A DNA stretch of 64,000 bases from an uncultured delta proteobacterium. Its GTDB lineage: Bacteria; Desulfobacterota; Desulfobacteria; Desulfobacterales; B30-G6. Shown in pieces: positions 18,117 to 25,760 of the stretch. The stretch covers positions 128,314-192,313 of the forward strand of contig CAWGLD010000006.1 of the NCBI GenBank assembly GCA_963823335.1, given 5' to 3'. Numbering within the stretch: position 1 is the stretch's first letter; each line of letters opens with the position of its first letter. The translations under genes were made by a program, and so were the position numbers. The notes under the pieces are model-generated. The model was not told the DNA's origin, made no database searches, and saw only the letters and a program-made list of their open reading frames with translations.

Positions 18117-18551
18117 ATGGGAAAAAAAAATGAAATAGATGCTCGTTTTAATAAATTCGGAACAGTCAGTTTTACTGCGACCACCAAAACAAATGACTTT
18201 ATCGACTTCCTGGAGGAGGGAAAGGTCATGGGGTCTCGTTGCACGAGTTGCGGTCTTGTGTTTTTCCCTCCCAGAGCAGATTGCCACCATTGTTTGGGAA
18301 ACGAAATGGAGTGGTTCGAGGTAACAGGTACCGGCAAACTTGTCACCTACAGTAAGCTGACATTTGCGCCCATCGGCTTTGAAGACGACGTGCCCTACTG
18401 TATCGCACTTCTGGACTATGGTGCATTTAAAATTTTTGGGAGAATAGCATCCGGGTTTCCGGACGAAGAGTTACAGATCGGTATGGACATGAAAACAAGC
18501 GCCAACACACTTTCAAACGGCCAGTTGAATTATGTGTTTGGCCGGGCATAA
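18117..18551 (+). CDS. DUF35 OB-fold / Zn-ribbon protein (thiolase partner, BbsA-like)
   Basis: Zn ribbon CTSCGLVFFPPRADCHHC followed by an OB-fold region. I moved the start from the ORF-track 18039 to the ATG at 18117, which is preceded by GGAGG at 18109-18113. Upstream codons translate repeat DNA. Confidence 0.75.
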   Translation: MGKKNEIDARFNKFGTVSFTATTKTNDFIDFLEEGKVMGSRCTSCGLVFFPPRADCHHCLGNEMEWFEVTGTGKLVTYSKLTFAPIGFEDDVPYCIALLDYGAFKIFGRIASGFPDEELQIGMDMKTSANTLSNGQLNYVFGRA

Positions 18552-18585
18552 CACGAATAAGCCGGCTAAGAATATGTTTTATTTA

Positions 18586-18670
18586 ACACGAAATCACGAA
18601 AAAGACCGTGAACAATTTCGTGTTTTTCAGATTTATCCTTTACGGATACTTCGTGCGTGTTTTCGTGATT
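18586..18670. repeat. W3 element, reverse-complement copy
   Basis: CACGAAAAAGACCGTGAACAATTTCGTGTTTTTCAGATTTATCCTTTACGGATACTTCGTGCGTGTTTTCGTGATT aligns nearly base-for-base with the reverse complement of 12971-13071. Confidence 0.8.
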
Positions 18671-18756
18671 GTTTTCTATTACTGTTGCCAGAAAATCATT
18701 TTTTTCAGTTGTGTGACTAAAACAGTATAAAACCATCAAACCCAAGGATTTTAAAC

Positions 18757-19524
18757 ATGACCGACAAAACGATTGTCATCGAAAAATCAGACAGTGTTGC
18801 AACCGTTTATTTTGCAAGACCCAAGCACAACGTGTTCAACATCGACATGATGAATCTTTTCTGCGAGACCCTGGAGGACCTGTCCAAAGATCCTGATATT
18901 AAATGCCTGGTAATAAGGGGTCAAGGTTCGAGCTGGTGTGCCGGCGTCGATGTGGGCGACCACAAACCGGAGATGGCCGATCAGATGATTACAACCTTTA
19001 ACCGTTCCCTGCTGCTTTTGGAATCTCTCGATGTGCCCACCGTGGCGGCCGTACACGGTGCCTGTCTGGGCGGCGGCATGGAATACGCCATTGCGTGCGA
19101 CGTAATCATCGCCGGAGAAAGAGCGAAATTCGGGCAGCCTGAGGTGAAACTAGGATTTCTGCCGCCCTACGCAGCCATTCGTCTGCCTAAGCTGGTAGGA
19201 CCGGCCAAAGCTATTGAAATCTGCTGCTCCGGCAAAGTCTACAGCGCCGATGCAGCCAAATCCATGGGTTTTGTCAGCCTGACCGTTCCGGATGATCAAT
19301 TTGATGCGGCCGTTGATGACTGGCTTGAAGACATTCAGGCAAGCAGTCCGTTAATTCTTCGCCTCAACAAACAGGCCGTGACGCAACATCTCGGCATGAG
19401 AACACCAGAATCATTGCAAAGTGTCGGCAACCTGTTTCTCAACACCCTCATGCAAACAGAGGACACGCTGGAAGGTATTGCCAGTTTTTACGAAAAGAGA
19501 AGACCGAACTGGAAGAATAAATAG
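18757..19524 (+). CDS. enoyl-CoA hydratase/isomerase family protein (possible dienoyl-CoA hydratase)
   Basis: 255 aa. Crotonase fold with SWCAGVDVG and GACLGGGMEYAIACD. The Dch-like role is only a contextual guess. Confidence 0.75.
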   Translation: MTDKTIVIEKSDSVATVYFARPKHNVFNIDMMNLFCETLEDLSKDPDIKCLVIRGQGSSWCAGVDVGDHKPEMADQMITTFNRSLLLLESLDVPTVAAVHGACLGGGMEYAIACDVIIAGERAKFGQPEVKLGFLPPYAAIRLPKLVGPAKAIEICCSGKVYSADAAKSMGFVSLTVPDDQFDAAVDDWLEDIQASSPLILRLNKQAVTQHLGMRTPESLQSVGNLFLNTLMQTEDTLEGIASFYEKRRPNWKNK

Positions 19525-19548
19525 ATAGGCTGTAGGCTTCTATCCTGA

Positions 19549-19773
19549 ATGAAGATGACTCGCGAACAAATACTCAAAAACGAAGGCTGGACAAAACAAT
19601 CCTCCCACGATGAACCCCGCCTGTCCGATATTGTAGAAATGTACGAAGAGATCGGGCTAGAAGTTCTTCTTGAGCCCTTTAACCCGGATGAAGAACCCGG
19701 ATGTACAGATTGCATGCGGGGGTCCGCCCGTAATTACAAGACGATTTACACACGTGATAAACTCAGAATTTAG
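19549..19773 (+). CDS. hypothetical small protein
   Basis: 74 aa ORF tightly spaced after the hydratase gene. It contains a CTDC motif. No family recognised. Confidence 0.4.
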   Translation: MKMTREQILKNEGWTKQSSHDEPRLSDIVEMYEEIGLEVLLEPFNPDEEPGCTDCMRGSARNYKTIYTRDKLRI

Positions 19774-19854
19774 GGGTGGAGGTTTGAAGGGTTGACTGAA
19801 AGCCATCAGCGTTTAGTCACCCTCCACCCCTTCAAACCTCCGACCCTCAAACCC
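19773..19854. repeat. W1 compact hairpin element
   Basis: GGGGTGGAGGTTTGAAGGGTTGAC, loop TGAAAGCCATCAGCGTTTAG, then TCACCCTCCACCCCTTCAAACCTCCGACCCTCAAACCC. It begins on the last base of the TAG stop at 19771-19773. Confidence 0.85.
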
Positions 19855-19879
19855 ATTTCTGTATACCGGGAGCAACACA

Positions 19880-20494
19880 ATGAACTCAATAAACACAAAG
19901 AACCCAAAAAACGCCGCAGCTGAATCTCCCGCCCTTCTCATTATCGACATGGTTAAAGACAACTTCAAGAAAGAAAGAAACCTTCCCATCACACCTCTGG
20001 CGATAAAAACCATCGATCCTTTGAATCAGATCATCCGTTTTTTCCGTTCCCATGCATGGCCGGTTGTTTTTTCAACAGACGCATTCAATAAAAACGACTT
20101 TATCTTTACCGGTAGAATGCTGCCCCATTCGCTGGCCGGAACCGAAGGTGCAGAAGTGGTTGACGCGCTGGATTTTCAGGATACAGATACCTGGCTCCCC
20201 AAACCGCGGTTTTCAGCATTTTTCAAAACCGGACTCGAGAAGATGTTACATGATCGGGGAATTACACTTTGCGCGGTCGCTGGTATCGCCACACCCTTTT
20301 GTGTACTGACAACTGCCATGGATGCCCTGTGCCATGACTTCAAGGCCGTCATTCTAGAAAACTGCTCTACGGCATTTTCAGATGACTTGCACCAGCAAAC
20401 GCTGAGCCTCTATCGGCGCAATCCCCTTTATCCCCTCTTTCGTATCATGACATCCTCTGAACTGATGAATGAACTCAGCCCTGGCATTTCATAG
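19880..20494 (+). CDS. isochorismatase-family cysteine hydrolase
   Basis: 204 aa. ALLIIDMVKDNF and the catalytic Cys context GIATPFCVLTTAMDA are present. Confidence 0.8.
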   Translation: MNSINTKNPKNAAAESPALLIIDMVKDNFKKERNLPITPLAIKTIDPLNQIIRFFRSHAWPVVFSTDAFNKNDFIFTGRMLPHSLAGTEGAEVVDALDFQDTDTWLPKPRFSAFFKTGLEKMLHDRGITLCAVAGIATPFCVLTTAMDALCHDFKAVILENCSTAFSDDLHQQTLSLYRRNPLYPLFRIMTSSELMNELSPGIS

Positions 20495-20723
20495 ATACCC
20501 GGATCTGTTTTTATCCTGTAAGGGGTTTGACTACCGAATAACATCTCCTTTGATATAGAATTATACCGTTTGTCCTAATATTATTCCGAAAATAGGATGG
20601 CGGCATACGGGGTTGTAGCAGAAAAAGGCCCTCAATCGGAACGTTTATCTGACAACCCCTTATACGCTCTTGATGTTACTTGCGGCAAAGCCGCCTAAGA
20701 TAAAAACGCGCAGCGATTTTATC

Positions 20724-20752
20724 TTGACTTAACCGTTTTGTAGCTGTAATGT
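20724..20752 (+). promoter_or_regulatory. candidate sigma70-type promoter upstream of the ior cluster
   Basis: TTGACT (20724-20729), 17-nt spacer, TAATGT (20747-20752). It lies directly after a W8-type hairpin. Confidence 0.45.
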
Positions 20753-20756
20753 AGCT
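20742..20756. promoter_or_regulatory. AGCT-N7-AGCT candidate operator overlapping the -10
   Basis: AGCTgtaatgtAGCT. The same AT-spacer design occurs at 15775-15789, 15584-15598 and 38445-38470. Confidence 0.35.
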
Positions 20757-20839
20757 TCAATTAAATGTATAATCGAAGAGCACCCAGGATCAGATACAAG
20801 GGCCTCTTCCCGGCAAGAAATCGATCTGATTGATTCTTT

Positions 20840-21118
20840 TGCATTCCCCTTAGGTTCTGCCTTGCGGCAATACTTCGCATGCTGCGGGGTTAGCGAGCGA
20901 GTCAACTACCACCCGTGAAACGGGTGGCTTGGATTTCCCCCAAAATGGGGGAAAAACAAAGGAGACGGCACGTCTCCGCAAGTTCAGGTTCGGAGCCGCG
21001 TGCCAAGCACGCGGTTTGTAGAACAATCAAAATTAGACAGAATTCCTTACGGTCGCTGCGAAGCACTTCCGGACGGCAGAACATTCCTCGTAGCTTGCTG
21101 CGAGGTTCTTCAATCGTT
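20840..21118 (+). repeat. T13 twin-hairpin element interrupted by Q125 insertion
   Basis: 20840-20900 (..CATGCTGCGGGGTTAGCGAGCGA) and 21029-21118 (AAAATTAGACAGAATTCCTTACGGTCG..ATTCCTCGTAGCTTGCTGCGAGGTTCTTCAAT) are contiguous in the uninterrupted copy at 27615-27733 (reverse complement). Confidence 0.7.
20901..21028 (+). mobile_element. Q125 four-hairpin element, copy A
   Basis: 128 nt with four consecutive stems: CCACCCG/CGGGTGG, TTCCCCC/GGGGGAA, GGAGACG/CGTCTCC and CCGCGTG/CACGCGG. It matches the reverse complement of 23250-23375 except for 2 substitutions and 2 one-base indels. Confidence 0.7.
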
Positions 21119-21173
21119 ATCCAAATATGTTCGTAAAACACTTTTATTCCCCATAAATCTTAAGGAAACGACC

Positions 21174-23023
21174 ATGCACAAATTACTCACTGATGAGCCG
21201 GGCAAGAAAATGCTTCTTCTCGGAAATGAGGCCATCGCCAGAGGTGCCATCGAAGCAGGTGTCGCCTTTGCCACAACCTATCCAGGAACGCCGTCTTCTG
21301 AAATATCCCTTGCTCTTTTCCAGATGTCTCAGCAGTGCGACCTCTACTTCGAGTACAGCACAAATGAAAAAGTGGCCCTTGAAGTTGCTGCTGGAGCTGC
21401 CAATTCAGGTGTCAAAACCATGTGCATGATGAAACATGTGGGCTTGAATGTTGCAGCAGATCCACTCATGACCCTTGCTTACGTGGGTGTCAAAAGTGGT
21501 CTCGTCATCTTGACTGCAGATGACCCCTTTATGTTTTCGAGCCAGAATGAGCAGGACAACCGCTATTACGGAAAACTTTCGGGTTTGTCGATCATTGAGC
21601 CGTCTTCGGTGGAAGAAGCCAAGGAAATGATCCCTTATGCCTTTGATCTTTCACTAAAACTAAAGGAACCTGTCCTCTTCCGCACCACCACCCGCATTAA
21701 TCACTCCACAGGAATTGTCACCCTTGGTCCCATAGAGGAACGTATTACCAAGGGTACTTTTACAAAAGACCCGTTCAACTTGGTAACAGTGCCTGCTGTT
21801 TCACGAAAACTTCATGTCAAACTCCTGGATAACATTCAGAAAGCCCAGGAAATATCTGAGACATCAGAATACAATTTTTCTTCTGGTAATGGCCCTTGGG
21901 GTGTTGTCTGTAACGGAGTTAGTTACAATTACGTATGCGATGCCATCAAGGATCTGGGGATCGAAGATAAAACCAAACTCCTGCGAATCGGTTTTTCCCA
22001 TCCCTTGCCGGAAAAACGTATCCAGGAATTTATTTCCAGCTGTGAAAAAATACTCGTGGTCGAAGAAGGCGAACCCTTTATGGAAGAGGCCATCAGGTCA
22101 TTTGCACAGGAAATCCAGAGCACCATTCCCATCCAGGGAAAAGGTGAAGGGCTTTTCAGCCAACTTTATGAATTTGACCCCGCCCTGGTCAGGAGGGTTA
22201 TGGGCAAGTTCTTTGGGGTTCCCGTTTCAACGGCTGTGATTCCTGATCTGACCGATGTGCCGGAAATTCCCCAACGGCCGCCCAATCTGTGTGCGGGATG
22301 CTCCCACCGTGCCACTTTTTATGCTGTGGGAAAGGCGCTTGAAGGCCAAGAAACCATTTATCCAACCGATATCGGTTGTTACACACTCGGCTTTCTCCCC
22401 CCCTGTCCAAGGGTGATTTTCTCATTTGCATGGGTTCCTCAGTAAGCACATCCTGCGGGTTCTCAAAAACAACCGATAAAAAAGTCATTTCCTTTATCGG
22501 AGATTCTACATTCTTTCACTCCGGAATAACGGGGCTTGTCAATGCTGTCTTCAACAACCATAACTTCACTTTGATCATTCTCGACAACGGTACTACGGCC
22601 ATGACCGGGCATCAGCCCAACCCAGGTGTGGACATGGGCAATTTTAATCTGACCGATTTTGGCCGTATATCCATTGAAGAACTTGTCAAAGGAATCGGTG
22701 TAAAACATATCTCGAAAATCAAACCCTTCAGATTAAAAAAGAGCATACAGGCGATTAAAGACGCTGTAGCCTACGAGGGTGTCTCAGTAATCATAGCAGA
22801 AGAAATCTGTACCTTATACGCCAAGGGTTTGAAACAGTTAAAGGCCCGCCCCTTCCATGTAACCGACAAATGCAAGGACCATAAGGATTGTATCAGCAGT
22901 TTGGGATGCCCTGCATTTTTTATTGACGAGGGCCGTGTCAAAATTGATCCCGAGATATGTGTGGGATGTGCTGTCTGTGCTCAGATATGCCCTGAAAATG
23001 CAATATTGCCCATGAAATCATAG
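21174..23023 (+). pseudogene. iorA: indolepyruvate:ferredoxin oxidoreductase alpha subunit, interrupted by a frameshift in a C7 run (22397-22403)
   Basis: ORF 21174-22445 ends ...TDIGCYTLGFLPPCPRVIFSFAWVPQ*. The frame shifted by -1 continues LSPPLSKGDFLICMGSSVSTSCGF ... GDSTFFHSG ... CVGCAVCAQICP to 23023. Joined at the C run they give a contiguous ~616-aa IorA with TPP and 2x[4Fe-4S] regions. The start was moved to the ATG at 21174 (MHKLLTDEPGKKMLLLGNEA). Confidence 0.8.
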
Positions 23024-23193
23024 GGACGATTTCATGGAATGCGACCTTGTCGCTCCAACACAAAAGGCTATTAATCACGTATAGTTAGGACGATATGAAA
23101 TATGGATCATCTCCCAAAGAGTTGACCCAAATTAAGGATTCAAGGATTCCAGGGATCCAGGGTTCGAGTGAGATGACGTGAGGCGCCAGCTAA

Positions 23194-23489
23194 ATGCTTA
23201 AGAATTATAAAGAGTTAAAGGTTTGGAAACGCAGACGATGATATCCGGTGATTGTTCTACAAACCGCGTGCTTGGCACGCGGTTCCGAACCTGAACTTAC
23301 GGAGACGTGCCGTCTCCTTTGTTTTCCCCATTTTGGGGGAAATCCAAGCCACCCGTTTCACGGGTGGTAGTTGACTTGGATTATATGAACAAGGAAATGC
23401 TTGAGGAATTAAGAGAGGATCTTGGGGATGTAGAGAGAATGCTAAAAGCGATGATCAACTCCCTGGAAAACAAACACTTGAATCCTTGA
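23194..23489 (+). pseudogene. remnant of a four-helix-bundle (23S rRNA IVS-type) protein gene, middle replaced by Q125 insertion
   Basis: 23194-23241 reads MLKNYKELKVWKRRR*, which is family-typical (YKxLxVW). 23376-23489 reads LDYMNKEMLEELREDLGDVERMLKAMINSLENKHLNP*, which parallels the C-terminus of the intact copy at 55542 (YIDNETFNKLYSQAETVSRLTSGFIKYL). The Q125 element lies between the two pieces. Confidence 0.55.
23250..23375 (-). mobile_element. Q125 four-hairpin element, copy B (inverted relative to copy A)
   Basis: It is the reverse complement of copy A. It lies inside the four-helix-bundle pseudogene, splitting the N- and C-terminal remnants. Confidence 0.7.
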
Positions 23490-23611
23490 ATCCTGGACTC
23501 CTTGAACCCTTTCTCCCAACTGATTGGGAGAAGATCCTGAAATATTAACAAATTTTCTTTTTCGCGCTGCGCAAGCAGCGTGGAAAAAGAAAATTAAAGA
23601 TTGGACACATC

Positions 23612-24217
23612 ATGGAAACAAAAAGACTGATAATTGTAGCGGTGGGTGGCCAGGGAAACCTTCTGGCTTCGAAAGTTCTCGGCGAGGCGGCATTGATTTC
23701 CGACATACCAGTTAAAATGAGTGAAATTCATGGTATGGCTCAGAGGGGCGGCGTTGTTGAGTCCGCTATTGTTTTCGGAGATGCTAAAAGTACCATCATA
23801 TCTGACGGAGAGGCAGATATTCTGGTTGGGTTTGAACCTTCTGAAACCTTGCGTGCCCTGAACAAATGCAGCAAGGAGACAGTGGTTATTACCAACACAT
23901 CACCCCTGCCGCCATTTACCGTTGGCATTGGCATCGGAACATACCCTGACATGGATGAGCTCCAGCGCCTGATCAAGGAGAAAACGAGTCAATTGATTGC
24001 CTTTGATGCGTCTTCTCTGGCAAATCAGGCCGGCAACCCCATGTCTTTAAACATCGTTCTGCTGGGTGCGCTGATTCAGACAGGAATCCTGCCGTTGTCC
24101 GCCGAAAATATAAAGCATGCCATACGTACCACCACAAAACAGGCTTTTGTAGAGACCAATATCAAAGCCTTTGAGCTGGGTTTTTCTGCAGCAGAAAATG
24201 CTATGGAAAAGGAATGA
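23612..24217 (+). CDS. iorB: indolepyruvate:ferredoxin oxidoreductase beta subunit
   Basis: 201 aa. IIVAVGGQGNLLASKVLGEAA and HGMAQRGG motifs are present. It lies downstream of iorA. Confidence 0.85.
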   Translation: METKRLIIVAVGGQGNLLASKVLGEAALISDIPVKMSEIHGMAQRGGVVESAIVFGDAKSTIISDGEADILVGFEPSETLRALNKCSKETVVITNTSPLPPFTVGIGIGTYPDMDELQRLIKEKTSQLIAFDASSLANQAGNPMSLNIVLLGALIQTGILPLSAENIKHAIRTTTKQAFVETNIKAFELGFSAAENAMEKE

Positions 24218-24335
24218 ACATCGAACATTCAACATCGAATTTTGAATGAACAGATGAAGAAACAGATGTGTGACCTGGGGTTGAACTTTTTTCATTCATC
24301 ATTGGACGTTCGATGTTCGATGTTGGACGTTCATC
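24212..24335. repeat. W2 hairpin element between iorB and paaK
   Basis: The left arm is GAATGAACATCGAACATTCAACATCGAATTTTGAATGAAC and includes the iorB TGA stop at 24215-24217. The right arm is TTCATTCATCATTGGACGTTCGATGTTCGATGTTGGACGTTCATC. Confidence 0.8.
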
Positions 24336-24363
24336 TTTTAAAAAATCATCAAGGAGGTATCAA

Positions 24364-25671
24364 ATGCCCTGGAATAAAGAATTCGAGTGCATGCCGGCCG
24401 CAAAACTCAAAGCCTTGCAACTGGAAAAGCTGAAAGAAACGGTTGCGTGGGTATCCAAAAAAGTTCCTTTCTACCAAAAAAAATTCAAGGAAATGGGGGT
24501 TAGACCGGGTGACATTAAACGTCTGGAAGATATCGCCAAATTCCCTGTTACCGTTAAAGAGGATTTGCGCGACAATTACCCCTTTGGCTTGTGTGCAGTG
24601 CCTCTGAAGGAGGTTGTCAGGGTGCACGCCTCCTCAGGAACCACTGGTAAGCCGATTACCGGTCCTTATACCCAAGAAGACCTGGATCAGTGGACAGAAT
24701 GTATGGTCCGGAATTTCTGGGCCGCAGGTGTTCGGCCCGAAGATATCGTTCAGAATGCCTACGGTCATGGACTCTTCACCGGTGGTCTCGGTTTTCATCA
24801 AGGATCGACCGCCCTCAAGTGCACAACGGTTCCAACAAGCGCCGGGCTGACGGAACGTCAGATTACATTGATGAAGGACTTTGGTGCCGATGTGCTCTGC
24901 TGCACACCCTCATATGCATTGACAATTGCGGAACGCGCTGAAGAATTAAAAGTCGATATCCGCAAACTGCCCTTAAGGGTTGGCTTGTTCGGTGCCGAGC
25001 CCTGGACGACTCAAATGCGCATAGAAATTGAAGAACGTATGGGCATCAAGGCGCATGAAGCCTATGGTTTGACGGAACTCGGCGGACCTGGTGTTTCATT
25101 TGACTGCGAGGCTCAGGATGGCCTGCATATCAACGAGGACCACTTTCTGGCCGAAATTGTCGATCCGGTGACCATGGAACCGCTGCCTCTCGGTGAAAAA
25201 GGCGAACTTCTTTTCACATCTTTGCAGCGCAGGGCCATGCCCATGATTCGATATCGTACCAAAGATATCACCAGTCTCAGGCGGGAAAAATGTGCCTGCG
25301 GCCGCACCTTGATCAAAATGAAGAAGGTGTTTGGACGCACTGACGACATGCTGATCATCAGCGGTGTCAACGTGTTCCCATCCCAGATAGAATCCTTGCT
25401 GCTCGACATCGATGAAGTCGAACCGCAGTATCGCATGATTGTACGTAAAAAAGGCTATCTCGACCAGCTCGTGGTTCAGGTTGAAGGCAAAAAAGAAATA
25501 TATGATGCGGGGCCGGACAAGCGTTCAGAAATCGAAGGCAAGATCATGGGGCATATCAAGGGCAATATGGGCATCGGGGTCGAAGTCAATCTTGTAGAGC
25601 CCAAGTTTATCGCCAGAAGCGAAGGCAAGGCCCTGCGTGTTGTGGATGAACGGCCCAAACAATTAAGATAA
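24364..25671 (+). CDS. paaK: phenylacetate-CoA ligase family protein
   Basis: SSGTTGKPITGPYTQEDLDQW is PaaK-typical. The start was moved to the ATG at 24364, which follows AAGGAGG. Upstream codons translate a W2 repeat arm. Confidence 0.85.
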   Translation: MPWNKEFECMPAAKLKALQLEKLKETVAWVSKKVPFYQKKFKEMGVRPGDIKRLEDIAKFPVTVKEDLRDNYPFGLCAVPLKEVVRVHASSGTTGKPITGPYTQEDLDQWTECMVRNFWAAGVRPEDIVQNAYGHGLFTGGLGFHQGSTALKCTTVPTSAGLTERQITLMKDFGADVLCCTPSYALTIAERAEELKVDIRKLPLRVGLFGAEPWTTQMRIEIEERMGIKAHEAYGLTELGGPGVSFDCEAQDGLHINEDHFLAEIVDPVTMEPLPLGEKGELLFTSLQRRAMPMIRYRTKDITSLRREKCACGRTLIKMKKVFGRTDDMLIISGVNVFPSQIESLLLDIDEVEPQYRMIVRKKGYLDQLVVQVEGKKEIYDAGPDKRSEIEGKIMGHIKGNMGIGVEVNLVEPKFIARSEGKALRVVDERPKQLR

Positions 25672-25760
25672 AATACACCCGAGCTAAGGTAAGCGATACT
25701 GATCAAAGATTATATGGATTTTTGCAGATTTTATGCTTCGGATTTAAAGGGGGTATTTAT

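Larger units (their letters stand above)
23134..23509. mobile_element. decayed IVS-like hairpin element (W1-type arms) carrying the four-helix-bundle gene remnant
   Basis: The left arm is AAGGATTCAAGGATTCCAGGGATCCAGGGTTCGAGTGAG (23134-23172). The right arm is CACTTGAATCCTTGAATCCTGGACTCCTTGAACCC (23475-23509). The gene remnant and Q125 lie between them. Confidence 0.6.

Noticed and set aside
20995-21022. A group II intron domain V-like hairpin (GGAGCCGCGTGCCAAGCACGCGGTTTG) within Q125.
   Set aside because: The stem lacks the 2-nt bulge and GNRA tetraloop. The AGC triad is lost in copy B (GGAACCGCG). No intron-encoded protein or other intron domains are present.
21000-21173. N-terminal extensions in the ORF track (21000 for iorA, 18039 for DUF35, 24313 for paaK, 25722 for the reductase, 29228 for the ADP-forming synthetase, 36914 for MBL, 46860 for the binding protein, 56915 for the kinase).
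   Set aside because: The extensions translate repeat elements. Internal ATG codons with good Shine-Dalgarno sequences coincide with the conserved protein N-termini.
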